Positions 16,708 to 25,684 of a stretch of 64,000 bases of DNA are shown here, piece by piece (within the stretch, counting starts at the first letter, position 1; each line of letters starts with the position of its first letter). The stretch is from a virus. Below the pieces are notes generated by a model. It worked only from the letters and a program-made list of their open reading frames with translations, had not been told where the DNA came from and did not search any database. The DNA is taken from positions 1-64,000 of IMG/VR virus record IMGVR_UViG_3300020581_000010; one strand, written 5' to 3'. A program made the translations under genes and the position numbers.

Positions 16708-19700
16708 AGGTCGGCCCTCCACTCTGTGATCCGGCAAAAGTGTTCGTGGCGAGATCAATCTTCGGTGCGATGTGAGTCCACGCTGCCGTGTTGCACTTGA
16801 TTTTTCCGCCGAGTACGACGCACTCGGCTTCGGTCAGGCACCCTGCCCCTGTTAAGGCTGTTGAGAACACTCTTTCGATTGGAACCCGCACGGCGATCAT
16901 CATGCAGTTTTTCTTGGAGTTGTTCCTTGAACTGTCCGCGAAATAATGGGCCGTGTCGAAACTCGTGCTGAATGACGACAGCGGTTGCAACGCTGTCTCA
17001 GCACCATCTTGCGATGTCCACTTCTCCTCAATCTTTCCGCCCTCAAGCTTCATGCCGCGATATAGGACTAGTTCCTTGATGCCTGCCTTCTTGAAAAACT
17101 CCTGCGTGTTCTCGTAAGTCGCTTCGAGATAAGCGTGGATGATGCCGCTGTACTTCTCACGCATCTCTTCCGTCTTGTCTTGCAACGCGATTTCCTTTTT
17201 GCTGCCGCTCGGCCCGACGTAATTGAAACTGTCCTTGACGTTGAAAAATTCCTTGGCTCCGCCTTGAATAGCACGCGACAAGGCATTGTGATCGTTGGAC
17301 GATTCCGCCCAGTTGTTGACGAGTACGGCGACGGCACCTTTGAGAGCGTCTTCTTCGTCTACCACGTCTTCCCAATGCTCCTCGTTGTACTCTTCGACAA
17401 GGGCTTCCGCTTCGGCCTCTACCGGAGTGCCAGCGTACTTTTTGCTGAGGATTTCAGCGATCTGCTGCGTCAGATTTGCTTTAGCGTGTGCTCTCATCCC
17501 ATGCGTTGCTTCAATGTTGCCCTTCGCGTCCACGGTGGATTCGTGGTCCCCTTCGTCTCTGGCGAATTTCTTGAACCACTCGCCCATGATCCGGTTCATC
17601 CCACCGTTAGACGATTGCTCTTTCAGTGATTGCAGGAAGGAAGCGTTCGTGTCGGGACTGCCTTCCGCCTTTTTTTTTTCGCTCGCCTCTTCCTTCTCCC
17701 CTCCCTTGCCTTGCTGCCGAGTCCAGATTTTGCCGCCCTTTGGGCCTTCGCCTGAGTAGGTCCAGCCTTCGCCGGGTGGAGTGGGGCCGTGGTACTCTTC
17801 GGCCTTGAGGGTGAAGCCGGCAGCTGATTTGTTGCTGGATTCGGTCCCGCGAAAAGCACCCTTATCTCTTTTCAGAATCCTAGCCGCGACAGAATCCTTG
17901 TCTCTCCAGTCCGAGACCCCGACATCTTTAGCCAGCTTCTCGCGTACACCCTTGGGTTGCGTGTCCAAGAGTTTGACAATCTGTGCATGCACGTCGGCGT
18001 CAGGCTCGCCCTTCTTCATGTCGTACTTGATGAAATCGTGCAGTGCCGTCCAAGTTTCCGGTAGCTTGCGAGGTGCGGGCGGTTGTTCGCGTTGTGGTGA
18101 AGGCTCAGGTTCCTTCTGTGCAATCTTGTTCCCGTGTTTGTCGTAGCCTTCTCCGAACGGATTGAATTCCTCTCGTTTGGTTCCGATGCCGTTTCTGCCC
18201 ATGAACTCGGCAGCAGCTTTACCGATAGACTCGGCGTTTGCCCCGCGTCCGATCATGACTGTCCCGTATGTGTTCTCTTTGTCGGACGGACTCATTTCCC
18301 GATGAACGTCCGACATGTTGCGGACTTCGTTCCACACCTTCAATTCGATTTGCTTCTGGTTAGCGAGAGAAATCAGGAGGCTTTTGAATTCCGTTGGCTT
18401 CATGTCGGGAGCAATCTTTCGCTTGAGTTCGGCATACAGATGGTCCGTCCTTGCCAGACCGTCACCGTGAACGTCTGACGCTGCGAATGCTCCGACTATT
18501 GATCGTCCTAAACTTTCGGCATCGTGAGGCTGGCCCTGTGATTGCTTTTTCTCGCCACTATGTTCGGCGGGTCCGCTTTCCGGCTCTCCCTGATGCTGCC
18601 AAATTTTGCCGCCTTTTGGGCCTTCACCCGTCTGCACCCATCCTTCGCCGGGCGGATTAGGCCCATGATACTCCGCTGCCTTCCACCCCTTCCGCACCTC
18701 GACAGGCTTCCGCGAGTCCATGCTGATCGTGCTGCCGTTCGACAAGTGCAGGATGATCGTGTTCTGCTTGCGTTCCCGCTGCGTCACCTTGGCGAACTCG
18801 CCCGTCTTCGGGTCTTTCACGTCGTTCCCCGCCCGCACGTTGTTGATGTGCGTGGACACCGGCCTCGGCTTCGGAGTCACTGAAGAAGTCTGCGGCAACG
18901 GCGGAACGGCTGTCGGTTCAGGCGTCTTCGCCGTGCCGGGCATGGCTGCTTGCTGCCTCTCGGCGACGGCCTTGTCCCGCTTGGCCTTGAGGGCTTTCTG
19001 CAAGAGGTCGCGGTTCAGGGAAGTGTTCGCCACCTGATTGCTGCCCCACGAGTGCGGGTTGCTCTCCCTCAGCGTCACGCCTAAACGCTTGGCGAACTGG
19101 TTGAACTCGCCGTGGCTCAGTCCTTCCGAACTCTTGACGATGCCGTCGATGTCATGGTCCGTCACCTGAGACGGTCGTGCCGCCAGCTTGTTCCGCAGTG
19201 CGTCCGCATGGTCAATGGCGAATGGCACAGGAGAGTCATTGCGTCTCAGCGGCGCCTTCTGCCAGTCGTGCCGCTGCCTCAAGTGTGGGTACTTGTTGAG
19301 GATCGCGTCGGGGACGGGGATGCCTTCCTTGACCGCCTCATACGCTGAAATTTTCTCGGCCTGAATGTCTATCTCACGCTGAGTCGGGGGATGGTCGTAG
19401 GTCGCTACCCTGACATTGCCACGCATAAGCACGTTAGGCTTGTCGGGGTTGACCGATAGGCCGATCTGATGCGGCGACTTGAGCCACGGTTTCACCGGCG
19501 GCGGGTGCTCCTGCTCGCGGGCCTGCTCCTCAGGTGTGCCGGTGGGAACCTGTCGTTCCCGCTCGTAGAGATTGGATTCGGGGTCTTGCGGTGGCTCTGG
19601 CAACGGCACGCGGGGTCCGCCGCCGCCGTACTTGGCAGCATTCGGGTGCGTGTGCAGCAACGCACGTGGGGCGGGTTCTCTCTCTGGTTCAGGCGTGCCT

Positions 19701-21406
19701 AGCGGCCTGTCCCCTGCTTCGCGTGCCCGCTCGTCTTCCTGACGCTGCCGCTGCTCTTGGAACTTCCTTTCGGCCTCCGGGTCTTCCTTGACGGGATTGA
19801 GTTCCAGCCGACGCCTGCCGAGTTCGTTGTTCACGATGTCGCGTGCGGTCAGGACGACGTTCTGGTCCTTATCGTTGCCGTACCACCCCTCGACGCCTAA
19901 CTCCCTGCCGGCCTTCTGGAGGGCGTCTCCCGACAGTCCCCTGAGAGCGGCTTGCACCTTGACCTGCAACTCGCGGATGGTGCCGCTTATCAGCCCTTCC
20001 TCCGTCCCCTTGTTAGCTGAGAGTATGCCCCGCACGTCCTCCGCGACGCCGGGGACGGTCTTGGTCGGTGCCGCTGGCTTCTCGCCTTGTGGTTGCCCGC
20101 TGTGCCGCCACAGCTTGCCGCCTCGCGGTCCCTCTCCAGCGAATTCCCATCCTTCGCCGGGGGATTCGGGCTGGTGCCTCACTTCGTCCTTGAGTGTGAA
20201 GGACTTCGCCGTGATACCTTCGCTCCCTTGCTCCCACTCCGCGAGCAAGTCCTTGACTAGCTGCTCGGCCAACTCGTTGATCTGTGCGTCCGTCAGTCGG
20301 TCGAATCCCTTGGTAGACATCGACTCGCGGGCACGCTTGTAGACTTCGGCGATCACGATGAACGGGACGGCCGTCAGTGCAGTTTGACCAGGCACCCATA
20401 CGGGCACGCCGAACGCTGCACCTACTCCGGTCACTCCCCACGACAGGATGTTAGCCGCCCCGAAGATTCCGAGAGCTTGGCGACGACCATAACGAGCCTC
20501 CAGCCTCTTGAACATGCCAGCCGATACTGACCGCATCTTGCGTCCTGCCGCACCGGCCGCACGCATGGTCTTCTTGCCGCCCTCGACTATCTTCGCGGCG
20601 ATGTCGTCCGCGTGGTGCATAGCGTTGCGGATGCGTGGAGAGCGGCGGATAGCTGACGCCATGCTCCACTGGTGCTTGCCGTTGCTCTTGGGTTGTTTGC
20701 CGGGGGACCAGATTTTCCCGCCGCGTGGTCCTTCGCTCACGAGGTGCCAGTTGTCGCCCGGCGGCTTGGGTCCGTGGTACTCGGCAGACTTCGCGGTGAA
20801 GGATTTTGCAGTCTTCCGCTGTCTCTTTACGGCAGTCCACTTGCCCCACTCGTTGTTCCACGCGAGTTGGAACTTACTCCCGTCGTCCGCCATCTCCTTG
20901 TTAGCGACCGCGATGTCTTCGGCAGTGTAGTCCCTGAATTCAGGGTCGTTGAATGTCTGGACATAGGATGCCGAGATGGTGTCACCTACCATCTTGCGGG
21001 CCTGCTCAAAGTATTCACGGTCGCCCATGTCGGGCTTTCCCGTCAGAGGGTTCGTGACCAGCACTGACCGTTCGCCGACGAGACTTCCGAGGTCTCGCAA
21101 GTGCATCGCGTTCCAGCCACCCTTGCCATCGGGAACAAGGCGGAATTTGCTGCCGTCGTCGCGGAGTTTCTGGTTCGCCTCGCGGGCGTCCTTAGCTGTT
21201 GCCATCGGGTTCTTGCGGAAGGATTCGACAGCAGCATTAACCGGATCATCTGCGGGTGGCTTTTTGAGCGTCGGCTCGCCGCCGGGGATAGAATCTGTCC
21301 GTTTCCAAATCTTGCCGCCCTTCGGTCCTTCCCCAGACAATACCCATCCCTCACCAGGCGGGGTCGGCCCGTGATACTCGGCAGCTTTTTCGATAGTTGC
21401 GAGCAC
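16688..21406 (-). CDS. 1572-aa modular head-associated polyprotein with five GP[KR]GGK repeats and C-terminal ADP-ribosyltransferase-like domain
   Basis: Repeats read directly; C-terminal LYRG / SSFSTS / EAE motifs; lies between protease and capsid genes. Confidence 0.8.
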   Translation of the reverse strand: MLATIEKAAEYHGPTPPGEGWVLSGEGPKGGKIWKRTDSIPGGEPTLKKPPADDPVNAAVESFRKNPMATAKDAREANQKLRDDGSKFRLVPDGKGGWNAMHLRDLGSLVGERSVLVTNPLTGKPDMGDREYFEQARKMVGDTISASYVQTFNDPEFRDYTAEDIAVANKEMADDGSKFQLAWNNEWGKWTAVKRQRKTAKSFTAKSAEYHGPKPPGDNWHLVSEGPRGGKIWSPGKQPKSNGKHQWSMASAIRRSPRIRNAMHHADDIAAKIVEGGKKTMRAAGAAGRKMRSVSAGMFKRLEARYGRRQALGIFGAANILSWGVTGVGAAFGVPVWVPGQTALTAVPFIVIAEVYKRARESMSTKGFDRLTDAQINELAEQLVKDLLAEWEQGSEGITAKSFTLKDEVRHQPESPGEGWEFAGEGPRGGKLWRHSGQPQGEKPAAPTKTVPGVAEDVRGILSANKGTEEGLISGTIRELQVKVQAALRGLSGDALQKAGRELGVEGWYGNDKDQNVVLTARDIVNNELGRRRLELNPVKEDPEAERKFQEQRQRQEDERAREAGDRPLGTPEPEREPAPRALLHTHPNAAKYGGGGPRVPLPEPPQDPESNLYERERQVPTGTPEEQAREQEHPPPVKPWLKSPHQIGLSVNPDKPNVLMRGNVRVATYDHPPTQREIDIQAEKISAYEAVKEGIPVPDAILNKYPHLRQRHDWQKAPLRRNDSPVPFAIDHADALRNKLAARPSQVTDHDIDGIVKSSEGLSHGEFNQFAKRLGVTLRESNPHSWGSNQVANTSLNRDLLQKALKAKRDKAVAERQQAAMPGTAKTPEPTAVPPLPQTSSVTPKPRPVSTHINNVRAGNDVKDPKTGEFAKVTQRERKQNTIILHLSNGSTISMDSRKPVEVRKGWKAAEYHGPNPPGEGWVQTGEGPKGGKIWQHQGEPESGPAEHSGEKKQSQGQPHDAESLGRSIVGAFAASDVHGDGLARTDHLYAELKRKIAPDMKPTEFKSLLISLANQKQIELKVWNEVRNMSDVHREMSPSDKENTYGTVMIGRGANAESIGKAAAEFMGRNGIGTKREEFNPFGEGYDKHGNKIAQKEPEPSPQREQPPAPRKLPETWTALHDFIKYDMKKGEPDADVHAQIVKLLDTQPKGVREKLAKDVGVSDWRDKDSVAARILKRDKGAFRGTESSNKSAAGFTLKAEEYHGPTPPGEGWTYSGEGPKGGKIWTRQQGKGGEKEEASEKKKAEGSPDTNASFLQSLKEQSSNGGMNRIMGEWFKKFARDEGDHESTVDAKGNIEATHGMRAHAKANLTQQIAEILSKKYAGTPVEAEAEALVEEYNEEHWEDVVDEEDALKGAVAVLVNNWAESSNDHNALSRAIQGGAKEFFNVKDSFNYVGPSGSKKEIALQDKTEEMREKYSGIIHAYLEATYENTQEFFKKAGIKELVLYRGMKLEGGKIEEKWTSQDGAETALQPLSSFSTSFDTAHYFADSSRNNSKKNCMMIAVRVPIERVFSTALTGAGCLTEAECVVLGGKIKCNTAAWTHIAPKIDLATNTFAGSQSGGPTYEQFHK
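17723..17800 (-). repeat. Polyprotein repeat 5 EEYHGPTPPGEGWTYSGEGPKGGKIW
   Basis: Direct reading. Confidence 0.95.
18599..18676 (-). repeat. Polyprotein repeat 4 AEYHGPNPPGEGWVQTGEGPKGGKIW
   Basis: Direct reading. Confidence 0.95.
20108..20185 (-). repeat. Polyprotein repeat 3 EVRHQPESPGEGWEFAGEGPRGGKLW
   Basis: Direct reading. Confidence 0.9.
20708..20785 (-). repeat. Polyprotein repeat 2 AEYHGPKPPGDNWHLVSEGPRGGKIW
   Basis: Direct reading. Confidence 0.95.
21305..21382 (-). repeat. Polyprotein repeat 1 AEYHGPTPPGEGWVLSGEGPKGGKIW
   Basis: Direct reading. Confidence 0.95.
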
Positions 21407-21407
21407 G

Positions 21408-23036
21408 TTACACCGTCAGACTGGATTCAGCTTCGGTGAGAAAATCCGCCGCCTTCGCCGTGATTGCTTCGTGTACCTTCCCCTTGCCGTCGTCACGTAC
21501 CACGTCACCCTCTTTGTTACCGTGGTTCACCCCGCAACCCGCGAGCGTTGACCTTGCCCACACGTAGAGCCGGTGCTGGCGGTAGGGGGTAACGAGCGTC
21601 TGCCGTCCGTCGTCCGCGACGTGCAGGAAGTGGTGGTGTTTCTTCTCGGCGTCGGTCAGTTCCAACGCCCCTTCAAGTGCGACCGTCGCGGGTTTCTGCT
21701 CCTTGCTGGTGATGGACTTCTCTTGCTTGGGAAGTTCCGCGATGTTGGCGGTCAGCGGGTAGGTGAGGACTTCGTTGCCGTCCCACTTCGCGGGCTTCGT
21801 CTTGTCCCACGGGTAGGGGAACGAGAACTTGCCGGCAGCGGTCTGGATGTCCAAGACCCCAGCTTTCTTGTCGCGGCTGACGACTTGGATTTCCTGCGGC
21901 TGGAGGGACGTGTTGCCGCCCATCCACAGTTGCAAATTGTCGTAGTCCCAGTTCTCGCGGGGTCGGACAACGAGAACCACCTTGTCTCCGAAGTGTCCGC
22001 AATACTCGGCCTGCATGTCGTCCGGCAGTCCGTCAATGGAGAACTGTCCCGCGATGTTCACTTGGGGGATGCTGTTGCGTGGGACGCCGTTGCGGGCACG
22101 CGGCATGTCTCCGGAGGGGCCGGCAGCTCCCATGCTGCGGTCGAGGGAGTCGCGTGCGAGGTCGATGGTGCGGTTCGGGTTCGATGGTTCCATTGGGATG
22201 CTCTTTTGGGTGATACCTGGGACTGAGACGGATACGGGGCGGTTCAGGTGGTAGCCGAGCTGCTCGAAGGACTTTCGGATCACGGGGTCGAGCGGGTCGC
22301 CCTCAAGTTTCTTGCGGCCCAGCAGAGTCAGCACGGCGTCAGGGTTCATGCCTGCCGGAACCCACGATCCCTCGACCATCGCACATCGCTCGATGAACCG
22401 GCCCGGCTTCGGCAGCCCGGCGTCCGGTTCGGGCGGCAGCTTGCGGACGATCAAGTCCTTGAAGGCGATGCTGTTCGCCCTGAGTACGCGGGCCTTGACC
22501 AGCGAGTAGCACTGCACGGCGAACGCGGTCTTGTTGTGGAAAAAAGTCTTCTGCGTGATGACCTGGGAATCGACATCCTTCCAGACGCAGTACTTGCCGT
22601 CCGGCGATTCGCTGACCCCCACTGGGAACGGGGACCACTTGCCGTGGTCGTACAGGATGATCGGGTTACTCTGATGTTCGGTGGTGACGACCCCGCCAAC
22701 GTCTACCACGTCGCCCACCCAATCGCGGCGGTTCGTGCAGAGGATGCCGATGGCGGACATCTCCCCGTCGTCGGTGGACACGTCCATGAGGTCGCTGTTG
22801 AGGCTGACCAGCCCGTCTACTTCCGACTCTTCGGAGGTGTTGTAGAGCTTGTAGGTGTAGGCCTTGACCGACTGAACGTCGTGGCACCCGCAGGCCGACT
22901 TGGCGGTGACGGAGGCGAGTCCCCATAACTGGTTGCACAGGGCTGTGCGGTCCTCTGCCGACAGTCCAGCGAGTTCAGGATGCAATTGGCACCTCGACAA
23001 AAACTGGTGCGGAGTCTCATCGGGCAATCGCTGCAT
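21408..23036 (-). CDS. Prohead protease (HK97-type) with long C-terminal extension
   Basis: RDWVGDVV, NPIILYDH (His), PVG, LRANSIAF (Ser), VEGSWVPAGMNPDA. Confidence 0.85.
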   Translation of the reverse strand: MQRLPDETPHQFLSRCQLHPELAGLSAEDRTALCNQLWGLASVTAKSACGCHDVQSVKAYTYKLYNTSEESEVDGLVSLNSDLMDVSTDDGEMSAIGILCTNRRDWVGDVVDVGGVVTTEHQSNPIILYDHGKWSPFPVGVSESPDGKYCVWKDVDSQVITQKTFFHNKTAFAVQCYSLVKARVLRANSIAFKDLIVRKLPPEPDAGLPKPGRFIERCAMVEGSWVPAGMNPDAVLTLLGRKKLEGDPLDPVIRKSFEQLGYHLNRPVSVSVPGITQKSIPMEPSNPNRTIDLARDSLDRSMGAAGPSGDMPRARNGVPRNSIPQVNIAGQFSIDGLPDDMQAEYCGHFGDKVVLVVRPRENWDYDNLQLWMGGNTSLQPQEIQVVSRDKKAGVLDIQTAAGKFSFPYPWDKTKPAKWDGNEVLTYPLTANIAELPKQEKSITSKEQKPATVALEGALELTDAEKKHHHFLHVADDGRQTLVTPYRQHRLYVWARSTLAGCGVNHGNKEGDVVRDDGKGKVHEAITAKAADFLTEAESSLTV

Positions 23037-23253
23037 GTCGCCTCCGCTGTGGAAAGATGCAATCGGCGAAATGATCGGCAGACACGCCTAGGGCCTTGGC
23101 TATTCTCAGTCCGATTGACAGGCTCGGGGCCTTGCTCCCCATTTCGAGGTAGCACAGGTGCGAGCGGGAGCAGCCTGCCAGCCGTGCGAGGTCTTTCTGC
23201 TGGAGGCCACGGTCTTCGCGTAACTTGCGGAGTTTCGCACAATAGGCAATCAT
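23017..23253 (-). CDS. XRE-family HTH regulator
   Basis: LRKLREDRGLQQKDLA....SRSHL..LE.G...PSL...RIAKALGVS. Confidence 0.85.
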   Translation of the reverse strand: MIAYCAKLRKLREDRGLQQKDLARLAGCSRSHLCYLEMGSKAPSLSIGLRIAKALGVSADHFADCIFPQRRRHAAIAR

Positions 23254-23355
23254 TCCCGAAGCCTATCGCAAACGGCAGCGGAATTCCAGCATGATCAGAA
23301 GATAGCCAACACTAACATAACTTTGACAATTCCGCAAGAATCCTTGTGGGCACGC

Positions 23356-23384
23356 TTGACTATATGGACAACCTAGTCTATATT
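23356..23384 (+). promoter_or_regulatory. Sigma70-type promoter with overlapping GACTA-N11-TAGTC palindrome
   Basis: TTGACT-17bp-TATATT. Confidence 0.7.
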
Positions 23385-23429
23385 TGAGTGTGTGAGGGGA
23401 ACGATACTCAAACGCGAAGGGGATGGACG

Positions 23430-23663
23430 ATGCAAACGCTGATGCCACCAATCGGAACTTCTGTTCAATGCTGGTTCGGGTCGCACACCTATCGCGGCGT
23501 GGTCAGCAAGAATGGGAAGGTCGCACCGCATGTCAGATTCAAACTCAAGAATGGACGTGTAATCGAAGGCAGGGCGACAATTTTACCTCACGGTGCTGCG
23601 ACCGGAGTTGCCTACCGTGGCTATTTGGCCCAAATGTATCATCCGACCTCTTACGGAAAGTAG
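23430..23663 (+). CDS. Hypothetical protein
   Basis: ORF downstream of promoter, purine-rich RBS. Confidence 0.55.
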   Translation: MQTLMPPIGTSVQCWFGSHTYRGVVSKNGKVAPHVRFKLKNGRVIEGRATILPHGAATGVAYRGYLAQMYHPTSYGK

Positions 23664-23669
23664 AACCCA

Positions 23670-23885
23670 ATGCCCGAATCCATCGGCCAGCGTCTCAAGC
23701 GACTGCGGCTCGCGTCCAAGCTGAGTCAGGCTAAGGTGGCCAAGGCGTCCGGCCTGTGCCTCAAGACCCTGTGCCGCATCGAACGAGATGAGAACGTCCC
23801 CACCATCTACTCGGCACGAGCGATTGCTGGGGTGCTGGGGATCGGACTTGAGGAATTTGTTGGAGAGCGTGAACTGGTGCAGTAG
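23670..23885 (+). CDS. XRE-family HTH regulator
   Basis: IGQRLKRLR..KLSQ..VA..SGL...L.RIER....PT...IAGVLG. Confidence 0.85.
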   Translation: MPESIGQRLKRLRLASKLSQAKVAKASGLCLKTLCRIERDENVPTIYSARAIAGVLGIGLEEFVGERELVQ

Positions 23886-23899
23886 TCAGGAGTCTACCC

Positions 23900-24601
23900 A
23901 TGATCGCTATCGAACGCCGTCGCAACATGAAAGCCGAGAGCTGTAGGGCTTGCGGGAAATTCTGCGAAGCTGGCGATGGATTCCTTTACAGGGACACCCA
24001 TACGCATCGTCGCAATCGCTACACCGGACGCTTTCTTTGGTTCGTCAAGTGCGTGGATTGCCATGAAGGCAACAAGACCAAGGGAATCGTTGCGGCCGAA
24101 AAATATGCGGCCGCTCACGCGAGCGACCCGGTCGTTCGTCCGTGGTCATTGTCCCAAGTTAGGAAGTGGAGCGTGGAGCGAATTGAACACAAAGACGATG
24201 TTGCCATACGAATTGAATCAGCGACTTTTGCCGGGATCATCAGCTATCGGGACCGGATCAACAGCAGCTTTCGTGCCCCGACTGGCTACGCGATGGAGCA
24301 ATACGAATTCGCTGGAAAGCCTCTTTCCCGCAATGCGGCTGACGAGTTGACGAATCGCGTCCTTCCGATCATCAACGCGGTCAACAGTGAGGAGCGGGCG
24401 TCCGGAGAAATCGCCGCCGCGAAACTGGTTGCTGCTGGTGCCGTAGTTTCCAAGCATTGCTGCGGATTTTGCTGGAACGTCGAATTCAAGGGCGGAAGAT
24501 TTACCCTTTGGGGGTGCGTCAACGGCAACAACAAAATGTCTGGGATCATCAACGGCAAATGGGTCGAAACGACGGCCGAAAATCTGATTAGGGTTGAATA
24601 G
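23900..24601 (+). CDS. Hypothetical protein with N-terminal Cys motifs
   Basis: AGGAG RBS; CRAC, CVDC. Confidence 0.6.
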   Translation: MIAIERRRNMKAESCRACGKFCEAGDGFLYRDTHTHRRNRYTGRFLWFVKCVDCHEGNKTKGIVAAEKYAAAHASDPVVRPWSLSQVRKWSVERIEHKDDVAIRIESATFAGIISYRDRINSSFRAPTGYAMEQYEFAGKPLSRNAADELTNRVLPIINAVNSEERASGEIAAAKLVAAGAVVSKHCCGFCWNVEFKGGRFTLWGCVNGNNKMSGIINGKWVETTAENLIRVE

Positions 24602-24675
24602 TCCGGTCACTTAAACAAAACAGCCCCCGGTTTATCCGCCAAGACTCACCGGGGGCCTAACAGGAGTGTCACGAG

Positions 24676-24843
24676 ATGTCATTATGCAAGCACAACTACT
24701 CCGAAGCAATCGAAAACCAGCCTGCCGATGAAACTGTCGACGCCGAGTGGCAAGCGTTCCAGCAGCAGCAGGCGGAAGAGATGTTCGCGGACGCGGCGTA
24801 TGTCGAGGAGATGGAACGGCACTTTAACAAGATTGGATGGTGA
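24676..24843 (+). CDS. Small acidic hypothetical protein (55 aa, not in ORF track)
   Basis: AGGAG RBS; MSLCKHNYSEAIENQPADETVDAEWQAF...IGW. Confidence 0.5.
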   Translation: MSLCKHNYSEAIENQPADETVDAEWQAFQQQQAEEMFADAAYVEEMERHFNKIGW

Positions 24844-24846
24844 ACC

Positions 24847-25233
24847 GTGGCCGAACGAAACCCGATGCAACCGATTGTCGTGAGCAATGACGTTGTTCGC
24901 TTCAAGGCAAACCGGATCGTGCGGAAGTTGTTGGATGTCGCAACCAGAGCCGGCGTATACGACCTGAACCACATCGCGGCGGACAGGGAGTTCTCGCAAG
25001 ACGACCGGGCTCAATTCGCCCAGCTGATCGGCTACAGTGTGACCGGCTACCACGAACTTAGTCACATCAGCGACCAACATTGCAAGGAAGCGACTGACGC
25101 CGCACAAGCTAAATGGCCCGGCTTCAAGGCGTGCCGAGACATGGGGTGCAAAATCCACTGCGGCGTTGAACTTGAGGTCCGTGGAAGCGTGATTGAGCCA
25201 TCGAAAATGTTACTCGGCGAATGCGACGATTGA
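24847..25233 (+). CDS. Conserved phage hypothetical protein
   Basis: PMQP...RFKAN.IV..LLD...DLN...FAQLIGYS. Confidence 0.6.
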   Translation: MAERNPMQPIVVSNDVVRFKANRIVRKLLDVATRAGVYDLNHIAADREFSQDDRAQFAQLIGYSVTGYHELSHISDQHCKEATDAAQAKWPGFKACRDMGCKIHCGVELEVRGSVIEPSKMLLGECDD

Positions 25234-25238
25234 TCCCG

Positions 25239-25400
25239 TCACTTCTTCTTCGGCGGTGGCGGGTTCTTCCCGCCGCCTGCCGAACGTCTCGCCTGACTGT
25301 ACGCGATGGCTGCCGCGACATCCGGCCTTTTCCCAGCCGCGATTTCACGTCTGATGTTCTCGCTGATCGTGTCCCTGCTCTTGCCAGGTTTCAATGGCAT
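25239..25400 (-). CDS. Small basic conserved phage protein (MPLK.GKS...ISENI family; 53 aa, not in ORF track)
   Basis: MPLKPGKSRDTISENIRREIAAGKRPDVAAAIAYSQARRS; GAGG RBS. Confidence 0.75.
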   Translation of the reverse strand: MPLKPGKSRDTISENIRREIAAGKRPDVAAAIAYSQARRSAGGGKNPPPPKKK

Positions 25401-25409
25401 GGCCTCACC

Positions 25410-25628
25410 TCACAGTTTGATACCCCGTTCGTTCACCAGCATGGTAAACAACTCTTGAGCCACGGCGGACGACTCCAGCCCCTCCACCTTCGCCAGCACT
25501 TCGTCGGCCGTGAGTGAGCCTCCCCACACCGCGTTGACTCCCCTGATGAAAGAGGCGGTCCCCTTGGACATGGCGGCGATGTCGCCTTCGGATTGGGTGG
25601 CCGGAACGGGTGCGACTGCTAACGGCAT
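25410..25628 (-). CDS. Hypothetical protein
   Basis: GGAG RBS, abuts next gene. Confidence 0.55.
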   Translation of the reverse strand: MPLAVAPVPATQSEGDIAAMSKGTASFIRGVNAVWGGSLTADEVLAKVEGLESSAVAQELFTMLVNERGIKL

Positions 25629-25684
25629 GGGGACTCCAGAAAAATTCGGTTCGCTATTGACACGTCTGCGGCTATTCTAGCGGT

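Noticed and set aside
24623-24657. GCCCCCGG/CCGGGGGC hairpin as a plus-strand terminator or ncRNA
   Set aside because: Large loop and U-tract only on the minus side; role ambiguous
25410-25628. Ubiquitin-like partner for the JAB protein
   Set aside because: No beta-grasp pattern or C-terminal Gly-Gly; no E1/E2 genes seen
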